A program made the translations under genes and the position numbers. A model generated the notes under the pieces. It was not told the origin of the DNA, did not search any database, and was given only the letters and a program-made list of their open reading frames with translations. From NCBI GenBank assembly GCA_032718475.1, contig JAUCBJ010006632.1, positions 1 through 64,000 on the forward strand: DNA of 64,000 bases, written 5' to 3'. The stretch comes from Nemertoderma westbladi. Taxonomy: Eukaryota; Animalia; Xenacoelomorpha. How positions within the stretch are numbered: the stretch's first letter is position 1; the number at the start of each line of letters is the position of its first letter. Below, piece after piece: positions 11,101 to 23,600 of the stretch.

Positions 11101-13401
11101 CCGGAAAATAAGGTAAGTGAAAAACCCGTTTCTAGGAGAAAGGTAACACCAGTGTGTTATACAGACAACGGCAAAAGCCAAGCCTCCCAAGAGGAGAACA
11201 GCGGGAAAGACACCGAAAGATCTTACTATGTCAACAAAGCACCTAAAGACGTAAGTAAATTTAAGTCTCGAACCAGTGACAGGAGAGAACAGGTAATAAA
11301 AACTCCTCCTACGTCTCCTAAGAATTCATGGAAGAAAGCCCGAGGAAAGAACAAGTGTGCACAACACTACCCAAGTTAAAGTAAGTAACATCAAACCCAA
11401 ATGTGCATTGTGCGACAGGCCCCATCGTCTACGTGTATGTGATGAATTCTTAAAGAAATCCCTAAAGGATAGACGTGATGTCATGTGGGATAAGCGGTTA
11501 TGTTATAATTGTCTTAGACAAAGACACCAACGGCGGACCTGTGACTTAGACACGAGGTGCGCTAAGTGCGGCGCGAAACATCATATCTTGCTGCACACCG
11601 AATTTGAAAGAACCAGCCCGAGTCAGGTAAGTGAGTCCGAACTACATGTCCAATTCAGTGATGTGAATGACACTGACCACAGCTCTGAGATGGAAGGATT
11701 TTACACGGACAAATTCTCTGATGAAAATGAATCCTGTTATATGATAAACACCGCGGTGTATCAAGCGCTTACGTACGAGCCTGAAACCGATAACGAAGTG
11801 AAACCTACTATTCCTGACAGACAACCATCTTGGAAAGCACCAACTTCCAATGTCGGAATTCGGGAATTCCCGGTAGTTCAGCTGAGAGTCCACGGGCCCA
11901 TTAAGAGTTTTATAGTCAATGCTCTCCTGGACTCCAGCAGCACAGGAACATTCATCGACAAGGAACTAGCCGAAGACATCTTTGCTGGACAACCCAAGTT
12001 CCGAACTAAGTTGAACCTTTCAGGAATTATGCAGGTTTGGAAATCTACAGTAGCTACGGACTACTATGTAGGAGCGTTGTCCACTCCCCAGGACGAACTA
12101 GGAGAACACAGCATAAGGTCAGTAAAAATGGTGGCAATAAAGAACTTTGCTACCAGCCAAGTAGAACCTTACAACTGGGATGAAGACGATTTTACCCAGC
12201 AGCATGATATCCCTAGATTCAACACCGACTACCCAGGGGTGCAAATATTGATCGGTCAAAATGCGCATGAGGCGCTTGAGACATTAGAAAAACGGCCTGC
12301 TCGACCGCAACCATTGCAAACATATGCGGGAAGAACAAGAGTAGGTTGGTACTTCACTGGACCTTCCCGGAGAACCCTCATGGGACGAGTACCCACTGAC
12401 CATATACATCAGGTGAGTGATTGGGAAGAAGAATTCAGTGAGGGAGAGACCATACCTGAGGGAACACCATACTCCTCAGATAACGACGACATGACCCAAT
12501 TATTTGACGAGGAAAATACAATCGACCTCCTAACAGAGAGTGAAGTTTGGAGAAACCAAACGCAACTGTGCCATCTTGTCAATCATGGCGGACAATTCGA
12601 CTACAATGACGAGCTGAATGAGGTGATAGATCGATACAACGATAAGATTCGCAATGAACACGCCGTACGATTCTTTACTCAAGAAGTTGTAGAGCCTAAT
12701 TCCTACGACAAGGCTCTATCTGTCAAGGAGGAAAGAGCCAAGCAGATACAGGAAACGACCACCCGTTTTCTCAAAGATCAAGGTAGATATGAAATTGGTC
12801 TTCCATTCTGACGGCGAGAACCAAACTTTATCAATAACAGACCTTTAGTGGAGAAGAGAATCGCGCAACTACATCGGCATCTTACGGCCAATGCTTCCGC
12901 TAAGGAGATGTATAAGACACAGCTAAAGAAATTCATCGATAAGGGATACGCGGAGCGAGTACCAGAAGAAACACCCGTAACTGAGAGAACGTATTATCTA
13001 ACACATCATTACGTTCCCAAACCCAGTAAACCCAACGAAGTCCGGGTAGTATTCTACGGCTCCGCCCTTTACATGGGCCAATCACTTAATTCTGAGTTGT
13101 TGCCGGGACCCAACTTACTCCAATCCTTGTTGGGAATACTCTTAAGATTGCGGCAATATTCTATCGCTTTCGCCTCAGATATAGAAGGCATGTTCTTACA
13201 AGTTAAGGCGCTGGATAGGGATCGAGACAGCCTATGATTTCTGTGGTGGCCTGAAGGAGATCTCAACCTAAAACCGGTGGAGTACTGGATGACCATCCAG
13301 GCATTCGGGTTCATCTCAAGCCCCTCGAACGCTTGCTCAGTAGTGTGTACCACTGCTGATGACAACCGAGACGCCTTCTCTAAAGCGGTTATCGACAACA
13401 T
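8164..13401 (+). pseudogene. Element A gag-protease-RT (5' part), many frameshifts and stops
   Basis: Colinear with B's polyprotein. Bel/Pao triple knuckle (CALC..H..C, CYNC..H..C, CAKC..HH), protease LLDSSS, RT N-terminus YYLTHH..LNSELLPGP..DIEGMFLQV. Confidence 0.9.
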
Positions 13402-14595
13402 TGTTCGCGCTTTCAGACCTTTGGCAGTTTAACCCGCCAAATTAGGATGTCTTCTAGATATTAAATCGCCTTTTAGCCTATGACAAGTATTTGATTCACT
13501 ACACTAGTCGAAACCAATCTGTGCGCGATCATTCACCCGCTGGTTATACCCGGGAGATTGGGTTCGACGGCTTAATCTTATTGCTATGTAAGCCTAATGT
13601 ATTATTCGACTGACAGTATTATATAATCTCTGACAATATTATTCACCTTCGGGGAATATTAACAGTTCCTTTAGGACGTGGCGCTCTATCTATATAAACA
13701 GAGTTATGACTTAAACTACTCACAACGATATGGTTTAGTTATAATTCACATATATGGCGCATTCTTTAGGAAATGCTTCTTTAACAGACTCACTCATATA
13801 CAATGCTGCACAATACTGCACACTAATCTGCCGATCTTCACTGATTTTAGTCACATATAAAAGGAACACAGACTGACTCATGTAGGGTCTATCAAATAAC
13901 ATTCGATTCACTTCAAACCACTTTAACATAAGTCACAATCGTTTATCTGTAACCCTTCTCTCTTACCTTCGGTATATCAAGAATATTGGGTTTCGGGGTT
14001 ATTTATCGTTATTCCAAATATAATAATTCATCAACCATATTATGAATAACTGACAGTAAATAGCAGTATAAAACAACAACTGAACACTGATTGTTATGAG
14101 TTTGCAATGTTTCAGCAGTTTGTATGGTCAGATCAGGTCAGCAGTTAAAGGATATATGTCCTTATAATTAAACCTACTAGTGTTGGGCTAAAAAGCAGAA
14201 AAGCACAAAACACTACAAAGCCGTTCTTTCGTGGCTTTGAAACTCGTGACTACTGCTCTATACGAGGATACCAACTACACTTATTCCACGAAGCTCCCGT
14301 TCAACACAGAGAAAGAGCAGTGAGATAGGAAAAATTCAGTTCAGTAGCTCTGTGATAGGTCAAAATCAAGGCTAACTCAAATTCTATTGGGAGATACAAA
14401 AACAGGGCTATGACGCAACCTTCCTAGGCTGGTTGGCCGATTAAACAGAGCCCAGATACCTGCGTACAGCAAATCAGCCAATAAGCTGGTAGCTTGCACT
14501 ATTTTAACTATAGATCCCTTTTTGAGTATTCTAGCGACCGGGGGGGAACTGGCCAGCAAAGCAAACGAACCAGTTATCCCACAAAAGCTTTTACA
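13402..14595 (-). mobile_element. 3' LTR of element B
   Basis: Direct repeat of 28818..30011 with TG..CA ends. I noticed only two substitutions. Confidence 0.97.
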
Positions 14596-14603
14596 CCGCT
14601 CCC
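14596..14603 (-). promoter_or_regulatory. Polypurine tract of element B
   Basis: GGGAGCGG on the minus strand, immediately before the 3' LTR. Confidence 0.85.
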
Positions 14604-14689
14604 AGAAAATGGGATTTAAGTCTATAAAATATACAAAATCACAGTTTCTAAAATATTAAAATACTCTAAACAGTTAGTCTTTCTTGCGT

Positions 14690-16005
14690 GGACGGCGTTT
14701 ACGCAGTTTCTTGAGGCTAGCGAGAGTCCTTTTCTCTTTGGGGCGAGCCACTTTATGAGGAGGGCTGTAGCTCCTAGGCGAAGGGTGCAATATGATTGCA
14801 TTAGAAGGTTTGGGTTTACGGTCGGTGTCTCGTCCATTTCGATATGCTTCTCCTCGAGCTGATTTTCCTCCGCTTGTCATGGGATACGTTCGTCCAAAAC
14901 TCTCGCAAAGAATAGGGTTTTCTAAGCTTGATATCTTCTTTGAGATTCGAGATTTCCCAATCGAACTGAGATAAGGCCAATTCGTTTATCGATTGGACTT
15001 ACTGTTATAACTTACGTTTATCTGAACAAACGCAGATTTCTTTTTTGATCTTTATAGAATAGCGTTTAACTCGTTTTGTACAACGCTCTCCTTCACCTTG
15101 ATGAAGGGTTGTATCGCGTTAAACGGGACGACCATACGGTTGGATAGTGATATTAGGTGTCCGCGTCATAATCCGGCTAGGTAAGATGGGCGGCTAGGTA
15201 GAAATCACTGTCGGAGTGTTACCGATTAATTGTTAGGGTAGCACTAGATCTTTGAACAGTGAATACAGTCCGCGAGGATCCGCGACACCACCAGGATCGC
15301 AGGTCTGAGGTCCAACTAAGGAATGAGGAGGTTTGACCGAGTATTCCGGGACTTTGATCGTAGGTTTACTCCAGGATCGTTCGAGCCGAGTGAGCATAGG
15401 TGATACGTCAAACAAGTTTCGCTCGAAACTCCAGTAAATATAACGAGCACAACTGTGTTTAACACAACGTTTCCGTGGATGTTTATGTCTTTCCGTTTAT
15501 TAGTTGGGTCTAGGGCATTTATCGTAATAATACCAAAGACGCACGTCTGGTAGGGGAAACGCGGGTGATATTTATTTGTTGTTACAATGCTTCTGTCAAG
15601 AATTCCAAATATACGTTGGAGTTACCGCGTTTATTTGTTTCTTTAGTGTCTTTTCTTTCGAGTCTATTTCGAATAGAAATTTCGCATTCGAATTTCAGTT
15701 TATGGTTCTGACTCCGCTGGGCAGGATATATAGTCGACATAGTCCGTATTATGTAAATCGATAGGATGACCAGTAGTTAAGAAGACCATATACGTACCAT
15801 TACGCTGCATATATCGAGCGGCGAATTTTCTATAGTCCAACTCGCGCGCGAGCTGCTCTTGGGACATTGGCGGTTCGATATAACGACCATCGTCCTCCGC
15901 AGCAGTTGGACTAACGTCGCCGCGTATTAAGCTATCAACAAACGCTTGTAAAAGTAGAGTATATCGCTCCCCGATACCAAGACCATCTTCTATCAACTCC
16001 GTCAT
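14690..16005 (-). pseudogene. Deleted remnant of element B's extra 3' ORF (N-terminal part only)
   Basis: MTELIEDGLGIGERY.., FDVSPMLTRLERS.. and ..EMDE.. match A's 34614..36050. The exonuclease and knuckle region is missing before the PPT. Confidence 0.85.
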
Positions 16006-17632
16006 ATCTGCTATATATGAGTTTATCCATATTATAATGAGTTTATATTTAGGCGAGCGGGCGTCGCTGCCTACCCCAATCAACCCCCGGACAGTACGAG
16101 ATCCTCAGCGCCGATGTGTCGTCGCCGCTGTACTTTCGCCAACGACGTAGCCGCACAACGACAACGACAACCGGCACAAGTCACTCGACTGTCCGTCCCA
16201 AAGGCTTAGATATACCTCAGGTTCTTACTGGAGAGTTAGGGTTACTTTCACAATTGCGACTCGCTACTGTAAACACACCTTAGTAGTAACATTCGCCTAT
16301 AAACTCACAAATACCACACACACAACTTGTCACAAATTACACACACTCGGGTCACTTGTCCGTTAGTCAATGCCTTCCAGAATGTCACTGTATTATTATG
16401 TATCCTTGGATACTAGCAGTGCGCTATTTATTCCCTATGCTATTCAATGGGACAAGCTTTCTATTGTTCCTTTAACTCAATTCTAATTCTAGCGTGGTTG
16501 TTGCTATGGTGACATTATGTAAAGCTAGCGGTAGAATTAGGGTAATTCCAATGCATACAGATCTGGGATGTTATTTAATAGTAATTCTTTAATAGTCAAT
16601 GTCCTGTTTTATACATGACTTTATGAATTTTATCGGCTATTGACTATGTTTGGGAGACTTTCGTACACGCATACGCATAATAATATAAATCTCCGCTCCC
16701 CTGATCTATTAATTAATGGAATTTTGGGAATGTTATAAATTGCGTAAAATGGCAATTTATTAAATTCATTAAAAGACATGAATTTAAATTTATTCCCTGA
16801 AATTTTATTATTTGACACTTAAATAGACATATTTTGATTCTAAAACATGTCTGGGGACACAAGATCCTTAATTCTACGAAAATTGTCCTTTTAAGAATAT
16901 CGGTAAATGCTACGATATCTTAATCGACTAGAATTGTTAAAGGATCTGAATTTTGCAGATTTTGACATATTAGATTTGCAAATATTAAATAATTAATATT
17001 TGAGATGGGCACCGATTTATTCCAGAACTTGTCTGGGGACGTTAACCACTGATTCTATAATTTGTCTTTCAAGTATATCGGTGGGTGCCACGATATCTTA
17101 ATCGACTAGAATTACAGATGGTCAAAGGGTTTAACAGATTTATTTTGCGTTATACGCTACTGTTAAAGGGACATCACGCTACTATATGTATTATTTAATA
17201 TACGGTATGAGAGCAATATCGCACGAAGCAATGTCAGTGTGAAGAGGCAAGTCGTTTCCAAGGTCTACCAAGAGCTTGGTTTAGCCGAGACACGAGGATC
17301 TGAACTTTGCATTCCTAATACTCTGCCTACCAATAATACTTTAATATAGTAGTGGCTTTATTGTACTTTAATAAGTACGGACATTTCATCTTACTGTAGT
17401 TACGTATTTATAATATAATACGGACAGTAAGGAAAGAGAAAAATAATTATTTCTTCGCCGTCGCACTAAATATAATATAAGTAATTACGTACGTAATAAA
17501 CACGAATATATTGCACTATTCTACTAAATTAAATAAAACGATTATAATAAAATTACATAGTAATACATACATAAATATAAAAATAATAAAATAATATAAA
17601 ATAATAGAGTCACACGCCCACTCCGAACGATA

Positions 17633-20600
17633 TTAAGTTGGGGAGTCCCTAGATGTCGGTTGGATTAGGGAAGTGGTCGTGGGAAGAGTTTCTTGCCTTC
17701 CATAGTTTCCGGAGAGCTCTCTGTCTCTTTCCAGTAAACATAAACGACCCACTGGGCGATTGAGCTGTTGAGTCTCAAAGACTATCCCTGGTTTCTTAAA
17801 GTTCCGCCGCATGACGACGAGCTCTACTGATCTCACCAAACCATCGCTCGAGATATAAGTCTCGATGATACGTCCTGTTTGCCATCGCTTACGTGGGAGA
17901 TCGGGGTCCACAATAAGCACCATGTCTCCAGCGCTGACGTTTTCTTGCTGCGCAAACCACTTAGTTCGAAGTTGTAGAGTGGGCAGGTAATGTTTCTCGA
18001 AATGGTCAGCGAAACGACGGGATAGCAACTGCATAAGTTGCCAGGTTCGACGACAGTACTCGTCTCCGTCTGTGATCTCCGATCGTGGGAGCATGGCTAC
18101 GGGCTTCTTCAGTAGAAAGTGCGCGGGTGTTAGCGCTTCCAGGGAATCAGGATTTGAAGAGACTGGCATAAGCGGTCTTTCGTTGAGATAGGCGGCGATT
18201 TCCTCCATTAACGTCCGCAATAATTCGTCGGTGAGATAAGCGCGACAAGGCACAATAAAGTGGAACGCAGTCTTCACGCTCCTAATCAATCTCTCCCAAC
18301 TTCCTCCCCACCAAGGGGCGTCGGCGGCGTTGAAGGTCCAGCTAGACGCTGTTATCCTTAGCTGATCGTCCACCTGTCTTATGTTCCAGTCCTTTACGTA
18401 AGCTTGAATTTCGTTATTGGCGCCAATGAAGTTCGTTCCCTTATCCGATCTCATCGTGTTACTGGTTCCGAAGCGAGCGATCTGTCGTCGTAAACTCAAC
18501 ACGAAGCTGTTGGTGGATAGATCGTTTACCATATCGAGATGGATAGCTCTACAAGTCATACAAACGAAGATGACACACCATCTCTTGACTATAGTTCGGG
18601 CACGATATACTTCAATAGGGCCAAATAAATCCACACCGGTATTAGTAAAGGGTGGTTCATAGAAGCTTACTCTTTCCCTAGGTAATTCTGCCTCTCGCTG
18701 TGTTAAAGGCCTACTGAATGCTTTCTTACAGGGTATGCAGTTCCTAAGAACTTGGTTCAGAGCCCTACGGGGTTTATAAAAATAGTAGCGAGTTCGAATT
18801 TCACTCAGAACTCGTTCTCTACCAGCATGGTACAGTTTGCTATGAACATCTACAATTATCTTGATTTGTATGTCAAGATTTCTAATAAGTATGGGAAACT
18901 TAGTGTCAAAGGATAATGGGGCGTTTGTTAGCCGACCCCCAACACGTATTAACCCATCTATCATGGTACTAGAGAAGCGATCCCTTAAGCGCATCTGCGG
19001 ATTTCTTAACAACAGGAAATACTTATCGGAATCCTCATAGCATTGTAGGAGTCTCAGCATCTGTTTGTTGGTTTCATCATGCTCCTGGTAACTGATCTTC
19101 TCCTTTAGAAACCTGTCGGATATCTTGTACTTTGGAAGATCTTTAACAGCATGGACTCGTGCAGATGTTGATGGAGCATCATCACTATTCATCATTCATC
19201 ATCATCACTTTGTCCCGGAGTAACGATGATGAAAACATCGTTTCAAATAAGTAACAGCTTTACAAAGCCGATTCCAGGAACTGTAGTGACGTATCGCTCT
19301 CTGCAAGAGAGGTGAGAGTCCTTGCGAGATATCTGGTATTCCAGATTTCCAATCCTTGTCACGGATTTCCAAGATTTCTTTAGTCGTGGCAGTGGGTTTC
19401 TGATCCAAAGCATCCTCTCCGGAAGTAAATAATACAGATAGATCAACCGCAGGTTTAAACAACTTCGATTTACTCGCTCGAGTTTTGGGTTTAACTTTCT
19501 CCGCTCCCTTGGCCTGTCTGATCTCTGCGGTTGTGAGATGGGGAGGCCATTCTTCTTCTTCTCGGTAGAGAAAGCTGGGTCCACCTAACCATTCAGGAGT
19601 ATTTACCAATTCCTTTGGAGTCGCTCCTCGGGAAGCGATGTCTGCTGGATTAATCGTTCCGGGGCAATGTCTCCATTGGTCCATCGTCGTGCGACTAAGT
19701 ATGATGGATACTCTGTTGGTAACAAAGACGCTGAACTGACAGACTTCATTGGTTATATACTCTAACACGAGTAAAGCGTCGGTCCAATAGACAGTTTTCT
19801 CTAATGGATAGTCAATCTGTTCTGTTACATTCCGGCCGATGGCTGTAGCGTATAGAGCCGCTTTTAACTCCGCTCGAGGAACTTTCAACTTGTTGTTGAT
19901 TAATGCCTTAGAAGTAACCAAGGCGACTTTGATTCCATCCGGAGTTTCCACCCTTAGATAGGCTACTATACCTATTCCCATATTGCTGGCGTCTCCAAAC
20001 ACATGGAGTTGATAGGAATACGTAGGGAGAACATGACCAAAATATGAACGGGATATTATAAAATCCTCAATAGCTGGCAGAGAATCTTCCCATTTCATCC
20101 ACTTCTTTAATAATTCTCCCTTAAGTGGATCGTCCCATGAGTGGTTTTCAAGCCACATTTGTTGTACCAAACTCCGAGCAATCAATATAACTGAGCTAAT
20201 AAATCCCAATGGATCGAAATAAGTGCTCAGTATACTTAAGCAAATCCGTTTGGTTCGAACTGGATTATCTCGCTGTTTTAGTTGGAAAAACAGGATATCT
20301 CGCTCTGTGTCCCATTTCAAGCCGAGTGTCTTGTTTCTGGCAGATCATCTTTGATCAAATCGAGATCTTTCGCTCCTCGATCCTCCGCAGGGATCGACTC
20401 CAGAAACTCACGGGAGTTGCTGGTGAATTTCGTTAATCGAAACCCACCTCTTTTTAAGCACTCTACCGTTCCTTTAGCGACCTCAATGGCTTCCTCAACT
20501 GATGGAAGGGACTTCAGATTGTCGTCCATGTATATGTCCCTCTTAATGTTGTCGATCACTTCCTTAGAGAAGGCCTCTCGGTTGTCCTCTGCAGTGGTAC

Positions 20601-23600
20601 GCACTACTGAACAGGCGTTGGAAGGGCTTGAGATTATTCCAAAGGCCTGGATGGTCATCCAGTACTCCACCGGTTTCTGGTTGAGGTCTCCTTCGGGCCA
20701 CCATAGAAATCGTAGGCTATCTCGATCCCTATCCAACACTTTGACTTGCAAGAACATGCCTTCTATATCGGAGGCGAAAGCAATCGAATATTGTCTCAAT
20801 CTTAAAAGAATTCCCAACAAAGATTGAAGTAAGTTGGGTCCGGGTAACAATTCAGAGTTAAGGGATTGACCCATGTAAAGAGCGGAGCCATCAAACACTA
20901 CTCTCACTTCATGTGGCTTACCGGGTTTAGGAACGTAATGGTGAGTTAAGTAATACGTTCTTTCGGTCACAGGTGTTTCTTCCGGTACTCTCTCCGCGTA
21001 TCCCTTATTAATAAATTTTTCCAGCTGTGTTTGATACATTGCTTTAGCTGAAGAATTGGCCGTAAGGCGTCGATGGAGTTGCGCGATTCTTTTTTCCGCC
21101 AAAGGTCTGTTATTGATGAACTTCGGTTCTCTCTTGCGAAAAGGTAAACCGACTTCATACCTACCTTGATCTTTGATGAAACGTGTAGTCGTCTCTTGGA
21201 TCTGCTTGGCCCTTTCCTCTTCCACCGATAAGGCTTTATCGTAGGAATTGGGCTCTACCGCCTCTTGCGTAAAGAATCGTACAGCATGTTCATCTCGAGT
21301 CTTGGCATTACAACGCTCAATGACGTCATTTAACTCGTCGTTATAAGTTTCTCGTTCAGATGGATAGAGAAGTTGACATAAGTTCACTTGATTTTGCCAA
21401 GCCTCGTTTTCCTTAAGGAGATCAATGGTATTCTCCTCATCAAAAAGCTGGTGAATGTCGTCGTTGTCTGAGGAGTATGGAGTTCCCTCAGTTAAATCGT
21501 CTCCCTCACTAGTATCATCTTCCCATTCACTCACCTGGCAGACGCGCTCTTGCGGTAGTCTTTCTCTGAGTGTTCTACGGGAAGGTCCAGTAAAGTACCA
21601 ACCTACTCTAGTTCTTACCGCATAGGTCTGCAGTGGCTGCGGTTGAGCAGGCCGTTTCTCTAATGTCTCCAGCGCCTCATGCGCGTTTTGGCCGATGAGT
21701 ATTTGCCCTCCAGGATAATCAGTCTGGAATCGAGGTATGTTAAGATGTTGGATGCTCTCATCCTCGTCCCAATTATAAAGGTCTGCTTGGGTAGTAGCGA
21801 AGTTCTTTATAGCTACCATTTTCACTGACCTGATGCTATGTTCTCCTAGTTCGTCCTGGGGGGTGGACAACGCTCCTACATAATAATCCGCTGTTATTGT
21901 AGATTTCCAAACTTGCATAATTCCAGACATGTTTAGCGTAGTTCGGAACTTGGGTTGTCCAGCAAATATGTCTTCGGCTAGCTCTTGGTCGATGAATGTT
22001 CCTGTACTACCGGAGTCAAGGAGGGCGTTCACTACATAACTCCGTTTAGGTCCGTGAACCCTTACCTGTACCACAGGAAATTCTCTAATCCCTACATTGG
22101 AAGATGGCTCTTTCCAAGATGGTTGCCGTTCAGAAGTAGTTAGAGTGAGGTCGCTGTCTGTATCTTTTTCATATGTGAGTGCTCGATACACTGCGGTATT
22201 TATCAGGTAACAGGATTCGTTTTCGTCGGAGAACTCATCCGTATAGAATCCTTCCATCTCAGATTGATCAGTGTCGTTCACATCACTGAATTGGACATGT
22301 AGTTCGGAATCACTTACCTGATTCGGACTATTTCGCTCGAATTCAGCGTGCAACAAGATATGATGTTTCGCACCACACTTTGCACACCTTATGTCAGAGA
22401 AACAGGTACGCCGTTGGTGTCCTTGTCTGAGGCAATTATAACATAACCGCTTATCCCACATGACTTCGCGTCTCTCAGTTAATGATTTCTTTAGAAATTC
22501 ATCACACATATTTAAGCGATGGGTCCCGTCGCATAGCGCACATTTCGGTTTGATGTTACTTACCTTATTCTGAGTCACATTGTGTACACTTGCTTTTTCT
22601 TCGGGCTTTCTCACCTGAATTCTCTTGGGAGACGTAGGAGGAGTTTTTCTTACCTGTTCTCTCCTGTCATTTGTTCGAGACTTGAATTTACTTACCTGAT
22701 CTTTAGGCATTTTATTCACGTAATAAGATCTATCAGTGTCCTTCCCGCTATCTTCTCCTTGAGAAGTCTGGCTTTCGCCATCGTCTGTATAACACACTGG
22801 TGTTACCTTTCTCCTAGAGACGGGTTTTTCACTTACCTTGTTTTCCGGTGTCTTCTCTCTGGACAGTTTCAGGAGCTGTAATTTCACTTCTCCATCTAGG
22901 AATGACATGAGATCAGACATGGTAGGGTCTCTTCGTTGTTGTTCCATCATATATAACACTTTCTTATCCCAGCGTGTGCCTACCCCACCTTTCGGTAAAG
23001 TAGAAGCCACAGCTCCAATGACCATAGAACTTTGGTATTCATGAGACTTACCTAACCAATCTAATTGTCTACAGATCTCTTGAATCTCATCGGAAAACTC
23101 TATTATCCCACTGCTGATGAACTTTCTGGGCGCTACTAATTTCGCATATAAATACTTAGCGATATTATTCCTATTACCATACCTGATGTTTAGTGTATCC
23201 CAAACTTGTCTTAATCCGTCTGGATGTCCAATAAACTTTAACGCCATTAACTTGGGAGATCCTTCCAAGCACTCGATGAGGAATCTAAGTTTCTCTCCAT
23301 TAGACAATACAGAGTTCTGTATGTTATCTTTGTAATATTCATTAAAAGGTAACCATTTCATCTCATCTCCATTGAATTTGACTATCTCTCCCACCTTCAC
23401 CGCTTGCCGGGCTTCGGTTCTAGCCATTTGACGCGTAAAACTTTCTTGGGCCATCGTGTTATTTAATATCGAGTTATCGGTATATAAATTTCTCGGATTA
23501 TGATCCGGTCTATAGGGAATATCATTATCAACAGGTCTATAATTACCCTTAATAGGGTTCACTATAGGAGTTTCTACTTCGCTAGCAGTATAGATGCGTG

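Noticed and set aside
13678-14559. Short ORFs duplicated at 29094-29975 (likewise 40273-40467 and 58329-58523)
   Set aside because: They lie within LTRs, are duplicated only because the LTRs are, and have no recognisable motifs.
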